IMG/VR virus record: IMGVR_UViG_3300034072_000758 | Location: 310,001 to 374,000 of that record | Length of the DNA stretch: 64,000 nucleotides | Strand: one strand, 5' to 3' | Shown here: piece after piece, positions 55,209 to 64,000 of the stretch | How the letters are laid out: the number at the start of each line of letters is the position of its first letter | Numbering within the stretch: the stretch's first letter is position 1 | Notes under the pieces: model-generated | What the model was told of the DNA's origin: nothing | The model's input: the letters and a program-made list of their open reading frames with translations, nothing else | Database searches by the model: none | Position numbers and translations under genes: made by a program

Positions 55209-56045
55209 ATGGCTATTGAAACGTATGGTTTTTCCAATGGGTCTTGGCGAAAGGCCAAGCAAATCTTTGTCAAATCCGGTGGTAATTGGGTTGACTGTAA
55301 GGAAGTGTGGACAAAATCTGGCGGTGTGTGGAGACAAGTCTTCAAGAAGAACTACCAGTTTATCTACAACATTGGGACTCAATATGATTTCAATTTGCGT
55401 AATGCTGCGCTGGCAAACGGTTGGGATGGTAATACCCCACTCGAAGCCATTCTGACAGTTACGGGAGTTCTGGGGGCGTCCTCTACATCATCTGTGGCAT
55501 TTAATACCGACAATATTCCTGCCGAATCAGTCATTTCTCTGACAATTAATTCCGGTTGCTATATTGTAGGCGCTGGTGGTAAAGGCTCAAGTGCCACACA
55601 AAGTGGTAATGCGCAGTCTGCTATTACTGCTACACCGGGCCAAAATGGCGGGCCAGCTATGCGTTTATCGTATCCAGTGTCGATCATTAATAATGGAACC
55701 ATCGGTGGCGGAGGCGGCGGTGGCGGAGGCTATAGAGAACTTTTTGGTAAAGCTTTTCAAAGGTACTATCCCGGAGGCGGAGGCGCAGGATCGGTCGGCG
55801 GCGCTGGCGGTACATATTCGGGTGGTGGCGGGTCTGCGACCGGCCAACAAGGGTCAACGACTTCGGGTGGTCAAGGCGGAACCATTGCTGGAACTGGTGG
55901 TCGCGGCGGCGATCTGGGCCAACAAGGGGCTATGCCAAGTGGCGCATCGGCGACATATTTCCCCGGCTCACCCGGCAATGCCATAGAAGGTGGTAGTTAT
56001 GCCAATTTCTTGGTATACGGAAGCGTGTTGGGCGCTATAGTTTAA
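55209..56045 (+). CDS. Glycine-rich receptor-binding adhesin (T-even gp38-like architecture)
   Basis: N-terminal K.GG.W repeats; I.GAGG.G, G.IGGGGGGG and GGGAG glycine-rich motifs; TAAATA-N5-ATG. Confidence 0.65.
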   Translation: MAIETYGFSNGSWRKAKQIFVKSGGNWVDCKEVWTKSGGVWRQVFKKNYQFIYNIGTQYDFNLRNAALANGWDGNTPLEAILTVTGVLGASSTSSVAFNTDNIPAESVISLTINSGCYIVGAGGKGSSATQSGNAQSAITATPGQNGGPAMRLSYPVSIINNGTIGGGGGGGGGYRELFGKAFQRYYPGGGGAGSVGGAGGTYSGGGGSATGQQGSTTSGGQGGTIAGTGGRGGDLGQQGAMPSGASATYFPGSPGNAIEGGSYANFLVYGSVLGAIV

Positions 56046-56871
56046 TAAACTCTTGTCCCAGAAACTCGTTTACCTCTACCTTGATGCGTTCTATTTGCTC
56101 GTCAGAAAAATTAATACCTTGTAGAATAGACTGGTTGTGTTGAGTAATAGTTTCGCCTCGATCTCCCGAATATCGGTCCTCTCGCTTCATATCTGAAATG
56201 AAATAAAGAAGTTCGGATAAGCTCATAGTTTTTCCATGAACGTGTGCCTGTAAATATCCTTCATCGCTTCGAGAATAATATACGCGCTTGTCATCCAACT
56301 TGGCCGTGATCATGATGTCATCGTGTGAGCCTAGTTGATTTAAAGTCGTAGGGACAAACCCATAACGTAAATATTTGGCAACACGAAACATTTGTGTCGG
56401 GCGGGTTGGCCGCAATACTTTGTTCCAGAGATCACTCAACGACTCAGGATCGATGTAATATATTCCATCGTTATCCATAGCAAATTGACACACTGATAAA
56501 TCGAAGTCTTGTAGCAGGGCTACGATAGATTCAAATTCTTTGTGAACAACATTTACCGGAATGTTTTGTCCGTCGATTTGAATTTTAAACATTGTGCCAT
56601 TTGAAGTCTTATAGTCGGCTTGCCCTTTATGGTCGTAAATATACTTCATGACAAAATCAAATGTCTCTTTGTTTCGACAAAATATATCTATGTCACCGTT
56701 AGTAAGCTCGACATATTCCTTTCCAATTAATTTTCGAACAAAGCCCCCGGCAACCCAAGGACCATGTTCTATACTTAAGAACGGGAAGTATTTGCTGATT
56801 TTTTTCAGCAACTCGAAGTTTAGGTCCAAAGACGAATATTTGTATAAATATGTATGATTTTGGAGGTTCAT
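56035..56871 (-). CDS. Nucleotidyltransferase resembling the CCA-adding enzyme/poly(A) polymerase head domain (start uncertain)
   Basis: WVAGGFVR, DIDIF, LQDFDLSVCQFA, R..KY..YGF. Confidence 0.7.
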   Translation of the reverse strand: MNLQNHTYLYKYSSLDLNFELLKKISKYFPFLSIEHGPWVAGGFVRKLIGKEYVELTNGDIDIFCRNKETFDFVMKYIYDHKGQADYKTSNGTMFKIQIDGQNIPVNVVHKEFESIVALLQDFDLSVCQFAMDNDGIYYIDPESLSDLWNKVLRPTRPTQMFRVAKYLRYGFVPTTLNQLGSHDDIMITAKLDDKRVYYSRSDEGYLQAHVHGKTMSLSELLYFISDMKREDRYSGDRGETITQHNQSILQGINFSDEQIERIKVEVNEFLGQEFIKL

Positions 56872-58765
56872 GATGCCGAGCGTAAATAAGAGTCGTGTGA
56901 AGACCACGGGGAAAGGTGAAATATACTATGCCGACGAAGATACACTGTCAACGTCGAATGTAGCAACCCCAACGGAAGAAGGGGACACACAAACGTATTT
57001 CCTGAGCGGGGATAACATCGGCTATGGTCATGGTATTTTTGCTGGCGTCAATGGCGATGAATCTAATACTATCATGGAGTTCAAGTCTCTCGTAGCAGGG
57101 ACCGGTATTTTCCTGACTTCGACCGATTCGGTTATTACGATCTCCACAACGTCAAATACGATTGGAAATGGATCATCTATCGCAAATGGTCTTATGCTTC
57201 CCCTCGGAAACACAAATTTTGCTGGCGGCGCGGTCAATCTTACCGAGAATATGGACACCACATCGGCCATAAACGATATTAATAAGCTTCTGGGTCTTCT
57301 TGTTCCACCAGCACCTACCGCATTCCCTAACGCCGCGCTGACTATTGCTAACCTGAACGGTAATCAACCTCTTTTGGCTGCTGCGGTTCCAAACAACACA
57401 GACTCCGGTGCTCCTGCTGCCGGTAACGCAGTCAACCGCGTGTCTGGTCTGGTTGTTAGTTCGAATAATTTCAACGACATTGGCCCGGTATCCAACGGTA
57501 CATTGAGCCTGATGTTGAACGATTCCCCGGCCTCGATCATTACTCTGGACGGCAACGCTCATTCGGTTACAGGTCTGGTCGTAAGTGATCTTAAGAATTT
57601 CCCAGCGAACGTGGCTGGTTTCTGGAAATCGATGGATGTTGCGGTAGTGAACCGTTCGGTATCTGCTGGTGTTAACAAAATGAAAATTGTTCACTCTGCT
57701 GCTGGTAACACCAATAACGTTTATTTCGTTACGGATACAATGACTTCTACTCCAAATCTGGTTTCGACCGGTTTGGCTCAAGCATCGGCTGGTACGTTTG
57801 CTTATTCTTCGGGTGTTCCACATTACGGAACTGGCGGGCAACTGATCGTTCAAGGTTCGATTACTAACCTTGCTGGTAATACTTACTATGGTGGCTCTGA
57901 TCCCCTGTCGGTTTCGGGTACAAATAGTATTATAAATGCTCAATCATTTACATATTCGAATTTAGGTATCAATACACCTATCGCAAAAGATACAACCGCC
58001 GCTACACCAATTACTTCGATTTTGGTGAACGTGGATGGTTCTGTCCATGATGTTGGTTTGGTCCAAGGCATCGTTAAAAATGTTAACGGTCAATCGAGTG
58101 CTACGAACTTAGCTAACACAAAGATTTTGGTTAAGCGTGGATCAGCTTCGTCAACTCGTATTGATGAAATGGCTGTGCCGGTTACAGGTCTCGGTAATAA
58201 TCCAAACGCCAATTCGGCGGTTCGTGTTTCGATCCTCAGCAACTCCGATACCCCAGCGGCCTCTCATGGTACATGGGCCTCGAACGCGACTCTGGTTAAT
58301 TACGAAGCTGCTGTTGTTGGTGGTATTCTGGCTCATGACCAAACCGATTATTCAGTTGGTTTCTTACCCGTTGGACCGAACTTGTCTTCGGGAAGAAACG
58401 GAACACAGTATGCCACATTTGCGTTCAACAGAGCCGTAGTATCGCAGTTCAAGATCAACGTAATTGGCACATATTCGGGATGCTGGGTGAAACTGCCGGG
58501 TGTTTCGGATAGTGGCTCTATTTCACCAAACTCCGCAAATGGTTGGTGGAATGCTTTCCTCCCATACAACGGTGCTGGTGTACCGGGCAACATTTCTGAC
58601 TCGTCGGCTGGTATCGCAGTCGGTTCAGTGATGAGCGGCGCGTCGGGTTCCTACAATGTGACCTTCGGCCCACAATCGTCAACAAATTCTATCGGTAATA
58701 TTATTCTGGTCCGTTTTAAACTGACAGCCGGTCAAAAAATAACAGCTTTGAGCTTCACAAACTAA
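56870..58765 (+). CDS. Virion structural or fibre protein
   Basis: Paralog of 20455..22260; TATAAATA upstream. Confidence 0.75.
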   Translation: MMPSVNKSRVKTTGKGEIYYADEDTLSTSNVATPTEEGDTQTYFLSGDNIGYGHGIFAGVNGDESNTIMEFKSLVAGTGIFLTSTDSVITISTTSNTIGNGSSIANGLMLPLGNTNFAGGAVNLTENMDTTSAINDINKLLGLLVPPAPTAFPNAALTIANLNGNQPLLAAAVPNNTDSGAPAAGNAVNRVSGLVVSSNNFNDIGPVSNGTLSLMLNDSPASIITLDGNAHSVTGLVVSDLKNFPANVAGFWKSMDVAVVNRSVSAGVNKMKIVHSAAGNTNNVYFVTDTMTSTPNLVSTGLAQASAGTFAYSSGVPHYGTGGQLIVQGSITNLAGNTYYGGSDPLSVSGTNSIINAQSFTYSNLGINTPIAKDTTAATPITSILVNVDGSVHDVGLVQGIVKNVNGQSSATNLANTKILVKRGSASSTRIDEMAVPVTGLGNNPNANSAVRVSILSNSDTPAASHGTWASNATLVNYEAAVVGGILAHDQTDYSVGFLPVGPNLSSGRNGTQYATFAFNRAVVSQFKINVIGTYSGCWVKLPGVSDSGSISPNSANGWWNAFLPYNGAGVPGNISDSSAGIAVGSVMSGASGSYNVTFGPQSSTNSIGNIILVRFKLTAGQKITALSFTN

Positions 58766-58775
58766 GGGAATATAA

Positions 58776-61598
58776 ATGCCAATAAACGATTCTGAAAAAT
58801 TAGACTATCTCTGGAAGAAGATTGGTTATGGAGCCGCGAAGACCGCTAACTCAGCATTGAAATATGCGACCAACGAACGTCTTTCTTCCCCATTGACCGT
58901 TTTCTCGAATAATATCTGGTCAGATGCGCAATCACTCCCAGAAGTTCCAAGCACATCGGAGACTGCTTATAGCAAGCCGTATATTGGCGCTAATCGCATC
59001 CGTATGTCCCCGGATACAACATCGCCTTCAAACCAAACATGGATTGCTGCCTCCACGTTCGGAAACATCGATACTCGTTTGACAGACTTCATCCCGCCAA
59101 CAGTATTTGGTGACGGTTATTTGGTTCAAGTCTACATAGGTGATCCTAATGTCGGTCCAGCGGCTCGTATCTTCCCAGATACTACAAATGAAGAATATTA
59201 CTTCGATTATGATGCTGGTGTATTAATTTTCTTAACTACTATTCCGGGTTCGAAGGCGGCGACTATTGGTTCCGGTAACGTATCCATTTCTACACACGGT
59301 ATCTATATCAATGCTCACCAATACATTGGTAACAAAGGCGTAGGTTCGGGCGGTGGCGGAAATTACGTATATCGTACTGGCGACACTATGAATGGTGCTC
59401 TGGCATTTGACGATTCTAGTTTCGATACTGTCAAGTTCCGCCAAGCCAATGTCGGAAATTATGAATTTGGTATGGGTCTGGAAAATGGCAATCTCGTCAT
59501 TTATGGTCCAAAGAACGTATCAAATGGTAAGGTTTCCATTGGTCACCGAGATCAAAACGATGTTCTCACCACTGATCTGAGTATTGACTCGAATGGTGTT
59601 GTTACTATCGGTGGTACAGATGACGCTTATGTTCTTACTCAACACGGCAAGAGACTTGTTCTCGGTCATGAGGACAATGGTGTTACTTATGAGCGCGTAA
59701 CCGTTGATGCTAATGGTGTTCTCTTTGTTGGAAGCAACATAGTATATCACACCGGCAACTTGAATATGAGCAACGGTGGTAGTAGCAATGGTGCGGGTAT
59801 TCAATCGGCTGTAGTCGATGGTAACGGCGACCTGATCATTACCCTGACCGATCTCACAACAATCAATGCGGGCCACGTAGTTGGTGCCAATGGTGCTCAA
59901 GGTCCACAGGGACCAATTGGTAACACCGGCCTCCAAGGACCAATCGGCAACACCGGTCTTCAAGGGCTTCCGGGTATCGCAGGTACGAATGGAACTTCGA
60001 TTAATAGCACTTTGGTCAACGGTAACGGTGACCTGATCATCACCTATTCTAATGGCGCTACAGCCAATGCCGGACATGTGGTAGGGGCTGCTGGTGCCAA
60101 CGGGGCTGCTGGTGTTAATGGCGCAAATGGTATCTCTATCGTGAATGCTACGCTGACATTGGGTAGCTTGTTCCTGACATATTCGAACGGACTCACATCA
60201 AATGTTGGTTATGTTCAAGGTCCAGCCGGGGCGAATGGTGCTACTGGCGCAAACGGATCGACTGGCGCAGCAGGAGCGAATGGTATCTCGGTGGTTTCTG
60301 CGAATATTTCATCGGGCTATCTGAATCTGACATATTCTAACGGCGTCATTTCAAACGTGGGGTATGTTGTTGGCCCACAAGGTCTTCAAGGTCCAGCCGG
60401 GGCGAATGGCGTTGCGGGTGCTAACGGGGTAGCTGGCGCTAATGGTGTAAACGGTACAGATGGTATCGACGGTATCTCTATCAGCAACGCAGTCGTTAAC
60501 GGCTCTGGCGATCTTATCATCACTTATTCGAATGGGACTACGGCCAATGCTGGACACGTAGTTGGTTCAGGCAGCGGTGGAAACGCGGTTTCGATTAGCA
60601 ACGCGGTTGTAAATGGCTCTGGTGACCTGATCATCACCTATTCCAACGGTGCTACCGCCAATGCTGGTCACGTAGTTGGTGCTGCTGGCGCTAATGGCGC
60701 GGCGGGTGCTAACGGCGTAAATGGCGCAAACGGAGTGAACGGAGCTAATGGTGTAGACGGAGTAGGTATTGTATCTGCGAATGTTCTATCTGGTTATCTG
60801 ACCTTTACTCTCTCAAACGGTGCTACCGCCAATGCTGGGTACGTCATGGGTGCCAACGGCGTGAACGGAGCTAATGGTGCCGCTGGGGCTAACGGTGTGG
60901 CAGGTGCTAATGGCGTTGCTGGGGCTAATGGTATATCTATCACTAATGCTGTTGTGAATGGCTCCGGTGACCTGATTATCACCTATTCTAATGGAACAAT
61001 TGCTAATGCTGGTCACGTAGTTGGTTCCGGGGGTGGCAACGGTGGTACAATTGCTACCAGCTATAACGGAAACACGGTCGTTGCTTCGACCACAACTATC
61101 AATTTGATCAGTGCTGGTATTCAAGGAGCCGCCGCATCGTTGACAGACGGTGGAAGCGGTATTGCGAACCTGAGTGTTCCTAACAGAACAGAATATGTTG
61201 TTCTCAAGTATTCTGGCGGTAACAGCGGCACATTGAATTTGGCCGATGCTGTTTATGCTAATACTTCTGGCGTAACTGCGATTATTGATGTTGGTAACTC
61301 TTCCTCGGTTGTCGGTTTTGTATTTGGTAGTCAGTATACACACCCTCCATCAAGCATCACGATCTACGGTCAATCGTCATTTGCCAATAACAATTGGGTA
61401 GTCAAGTCTCTGGCCACCGAAATTGCTACAAGGTCGTTTGCCAACGTTGCGGGTACAAGCACGGCTCCGCTGTTGTTTGGTGCTTTTGGTGGTGGAAACA
61501 CAACGCTCAGATTACAATTGTCGAAAACTGACACAGGAACGGACTCCGCGCCGGGTATCGGTAATCGTCCGTTCTGTGGAATTGTGTTCCGTTTCTAA
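58776..61598 (+). CDS. Collagen-like fibre protein
   Basis: Gly-X-Y runs (GAN/GVN/GPQ) alternating with repeated ISNAVVNGSGDLIITYSNG..ANAGHVVG modules. Confidence 0.85.
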   Translation: MPINDSEKLDYLWKKIGYGAAKTANSALKYATNERLSSPLTVFSNNIWSDAQSLPEVPSTSETAYSKPYIGANRIRMSPDTTSPSNQTWIAASTFGNIDTRLTDFIPPTVFGDGYLVQVYIGDPNVGPAARIFPDTTNEEYYFDYDAGVLIFLTTIPGSKAATIGSGNVSISTHGIYINAHQYIGNKGVGSGGGGNYVYRTGDTMNGALAFDDSSFDTVKFRQANVGNYEFGMGLENGNLVIYGPKNVSNGKVSIGHRDQNDVLTTDLSIDSNGVVTIGGTDDAYVLTQHGKRLVLGHEDNGVTYERVTVDANGVLFVGSNIVYHTGNLNMSNGGSSNGAGIQSAVVDGNGDLIITLTDLTTINAGHVVGANGAQGPQGPIGNTGLQGPIGNTGLQGLPGIAGTNGTSINSTLVNGNGDLIITYSNGATANAGHVVGAAGANGAAGVNGANGISIVNATLTLGSLFLTYSNGLTSNVGYVQGPAGANGATGANGSTGAAGANGISVVSANISSGYLNLTYSNGVISNVGYVVGPQGLQGPAGANGVAGANGVAGANGVNGTDGIDGISISNAVVNGSGDLIITYSNGTTANAGHVVGSGSGGNAVSISNAVVNGSGDLIITYSNGATANAGHVVGAAGANGAAGANGVNGANGVNGANGVDGVGIVSANVLSGYLTFTLSNGATANAGYVMGANGVNGANGAAGANGVAGANGVAGANGISITNAVVNGSGDLIITYSNGTIANAGHVVGSGGGNGGTIATSYNGNTVVASTTTINLISAGIQGAAASLTDGGSGIANLSVPNRTEYVVLKYSGGNSGTLNLADAVYANTSGVTAIIDVGNSSSVVGFVFGSQYTHPPSSITIYGQSSFANNNWVVKSLATEIATRSFANVAGTSTAPLLFGAFGGGNTTLRLQLSKTDTGTDSAPGIGNRPFCGIVFRF
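59790..61030 (+). repeat. Intragenic beta-module and collagen repeats (about 8 modules)
   Basis: Recurrent GGTGACCTGATCATCACCTATTCNAA..GCCAATGCNGGNCACGTAGTTGG. Confidence 0.85.
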
Positions 61599-61613
61599 GG
61601 CATAAATATACTA

Positions 61614-63578
61614 ATGAACAAGAACAAAGTAAACATTCCATCCAAAGTCCTTTCGGGGAAATTGCTTACTTCCGTTGGTAAAGACCTTTGGAATTTTAAT
61701 GACGGTGATGAGTATTGGAGCGGGGGTTCGCAACCTCGCTTCTATACGTGGAATGTTACTTTGTCGGTTTCTTCTCAGAGACATTCATCGTCTCAAACTC
61801 GCAAGCCATATTTTTATGATGGTTTGGATATAAACACAAATATGTGGATTGCTGAACAGTCAACCGGTATTGCGCTTAAAATAACCTCCATAACATCTAA
61901 GACTGAGACCACAATTGATTGTGTGGTAGAAGATTATCTGCGTTATAATACATTGCGATTCTCTGGCGGAACAGGAAATGGTATCTTCGGCGAAGATACT
62001 CCGATTGTTATATTTCAATTAAATGAAGATAATCTTCCTTTGATTGATCCGGTTCCTACTACTACTTCGAGTAGTTTCTATCCAAATTTGATGTCTCGTT
62101 TTTCGTTCACCGCGAAAAATTATTATTTTGAACTGTACAAAATCAATCATGATTTCAAAATTGGTGATCTTATTTCTGCTGATCCAGCCGGGTCGTCTTT
62201 TCAAAAAACCAGCCCCGATTATCCGCATATTATCGGAGAGGTGACTTACACCTCCAACGGATCGAGTGTTTTTTTGGTCGATCCGTTTCAACAGATCAAT
62301 GAAGATTTCGATTCGTTAATTGGTGATGTGGGCCAAGTCATTTATGCTAATGCTTCGGACGCTGGTGGAATGTCCCTTATGGGTAACCTTCCGGTCATGA
62401 TTAAGCTTAGAAATAACACTAATTCTTTCGTGATTGGAAGTGGTTCCTCAACTGATGCCGGTGGTATCGTTAAACTAAATGGTATTTCGACTTCGGTTGG
62501 TGATGGTTCGGCATCCGATTTTGTTTCGTATGTCAATGCTAATACGAATTTACATGGATGTGTGGCTTCTCTTCTCGCATCCCCTACAGTTATTTCCTCT
62601 GATCCTTCGCAGTTGGGATATGGTGAACCAGCTTTTTACATCACGGGTGGGAATTATCCGGTCGCATCTATCAATGGTGTAAATGTTACATTTACTACCA
62701 CAACTGTTGGCGAAGCGTCATACGGGGATACTTATGCGCTGGAAGAAGATTTGGCGACCGACATCAATGCCGCTAATATTCCGTTTATTGTGGCTTCCAC
62801 GGAAATGAATAAATTGAAAATCAGTAATACTGATGGTGGTCCAATTGATATTGTAAACATCACTCCCGATTCTAGTGGCTACCATTTTGCTGGTACAGCT
62901 TCGGCATCTGGTCTTCCGCTTTCTACCCCAGCGAATACAAGTAGCGGGATGATTCGCTTGGATGCGGTCGATGCTCGCGCTATCAACGTGTATGACGAAA
63001 TTGGTACAGCAGTAGATGATTTCGGATTGTATAGTTCTGAAAACGGTATCAAAGCTGCTGGTATTGTTATCGAGCAAGGTCTTCGCACTTCATCTAGCTA
63101 TGTTGTGACGAACATTCCGGCCCGCGATTCTTTGAATGCGGTTTTTGGTGACATATGTTTCGTAACAGATAAAGGTAACTCGGAGTGGGGCTACTATATC
63201 TATACTCTTGCGTCAGAGTGGGTGAAATTCGCAGATAAGGATTCCGCCGCAACAGATGCGCAATCTCTCGAAATCGAGATCGACGCTGAGAGTGATTTAG
63301 AGGGTCTGATCGCCGTGGTTTCAAACGGAAGCGGTATCAATATGGTCACGGTCAAAGTAATAGAAGCTTTTGACGCACCAGCAACCGTATCGGTAGGAGA
63401 CGACATAAACAACGTGAGATTAATGGATGTATCTCTCAATGATCTGACCGTTATTTCTGAATATTCATACACGCCATCATATCATTATACAACTGGTGGT
63501 GACACCAATATCAACTATTACTTGAACTTAAATGGTGCGACTACTGGTCGCGCAAAAATATCGATTTCTTACTCATAA
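61614..63578 (+). CDS. Virion structural protein
   Basis: C-terminal domain paralogous to 19362..20435; TAAATA-N5-ATG. Confidence 0.75.
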   Translation: MNKNKVNIPSKVLSGKLLTSVGKDLWNFNDGDEYWSGGSQPRFYTWNVTLSVSSQRHSSSQTRKPYFYDGLDINTNMWIAEQSTGIALKITSITSKTETTIDCVVEDYLRYNTLRFSGGTGNGIFGEDTPIVIFQLNEDNLPLIDPVPTTTSSSFYPNLMSRFSFTAKNYYFELYKINHDFKIGDLISADPAGSSFQKTSPDYPHIIGEVTYTSNGSSVFLVDPFQQINEDFDSLIGDVGQVIYANASDAGGMSLMGNLPVMIKLRNNTNSFVIGSGSSTDAGGIVKLNGISTSVGDGSASDFVSYVNANTNLHGCVASLLASPTVISSDPSQLGYGEPAFYITGGNYPVASINGVNVTFTTTTVGEASYGDTYALEEDLATDINAANIPFIVASTEMNKLKISNTDGGPIDIVNITPDSSGYHFAGTASASGLPLSTPANTSSGMIRLDAVDARAINVYDEIGTAVDDFGLYSSENGIKAAGIVIEQGLRTSSSYVVTNIPARDSLNAVFGDICFVTDKGNSEWGYYIYTLASEWVKFADKDSAATDAQSLEIEIDAESDLEGLIAVVSNGSGINMVTVKVIEAFDAPATVSVGDDINNVRLMDVSLNDLTVISEYSYTPSYHYTTGGDTNINYYLNLNGATTGRAKISISYS

Positions 63579-63699
63579 GAATACGATTTTTTCTAAGTCT
63601 GTAGTTAATAAAAACGACTTTCTCCATAAATACTGGTGCCTGAATTTTGGTTAATAGTTAACCAACACTTTAGTTTCAAACACCCTATAGGAGATACGT

Positions 63700-64000
63700 A
63701 TGTCTAATTTTAAAAATTTTGGACTTACAGGTGTCAGCAACGATGTTCAGTTTGGTAAAGGCGGCGCGCGCCTTACACAAATCAACGGGACATTTGCGGC
63801 AAAGAACGCTCAAGGTAACGCATTCGTAAGATTGCAAGTTGCCGAAGGTAATGCCGCTGAGGATGCTGTAACCGTAAGCCAACTGTCGAACGCAATTGCG
63901 AACGTCACAAGCCTCAATGATGGTCTTCAAGCCGAAATCGATGCTATTGAACTTGGCGCTGGTCTGAACACAGACGGCACATATTCGGCCCCGGTTTCGT
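63700..64000 (+). CDS. Virion structural protein, partial at the window end
   Basis: MSNFKNFGLTGVSNDVQFGKGGARL, similar to the N-terminus of 20455..22260; AGGAG SD. Confidence 0.75.
   Translation, partial: MSNFKNFGLTGVSNDVQFGKGGARLTQINGTFAAKNAQGNAFVRLQVAEGNAAEDAVTVSQLSNAIANVTSLNDGLQAEIDAIELGAGLNTDGTYSAPVS

Noticed and set aside
59790-61030. Possible CRISPR array or DGR repeats
   Set aside because: Repeats are in-frame protein modules that differ at synonymous positions; no unique spacers, cas genes or reverse transcriptase in the window.
1-64000. Alternative genetic code or suppressor tRNAs
   Set aside because: Core genes are intact under the standard code, and no CUA, UUA or UCA anticodon was found.

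Overview
This is a 64 kb segment of a large T4-like (jumbo-type) myophage genome. It carries portal, prohead protease, scaffold, gp23 capsid, sheath, tube, gp4, a TerS-like gene, clamp loader and spanins, with TAAATA late promoters throughout. The host is probably an alphaproteobacterium: the window has MucR/Ros, alpha-type PncB, a circularly permuted two-piece tmRNA and a tRNA-His lacking G-1. The main candidate new system is a ribosome-dependent transcription attenuator (43184-43340, minus strand). Its 20-codon leader MTFMSYSHSCSYSHSSKGGF has a 12-codon core made only of Ser (UCG, UCA, AGC, UCU), Tyr, His and Cys codons. It sits in front of an operon supplying exactly those tRNAs (all four Ser isoacceptors, two Tyr, two His, one Cys), plus a minimal HisRS paired with a G-1/C73 tRNA-His. 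I infer a tRNA-depletion sensor that switches on replacement tRNAs. The window is also rich in RNA elements: a probable GOLLD-like RNA with an embedded tRNA-like domain, a second unassigned structured region of about 630 nt, a tag-only tmRNA fragment, a duplicated small RNA motif flanking tRNA-Thr, and atypical tRNA-like genes. All calls come from reading the sequence; no database search or folding program was run.
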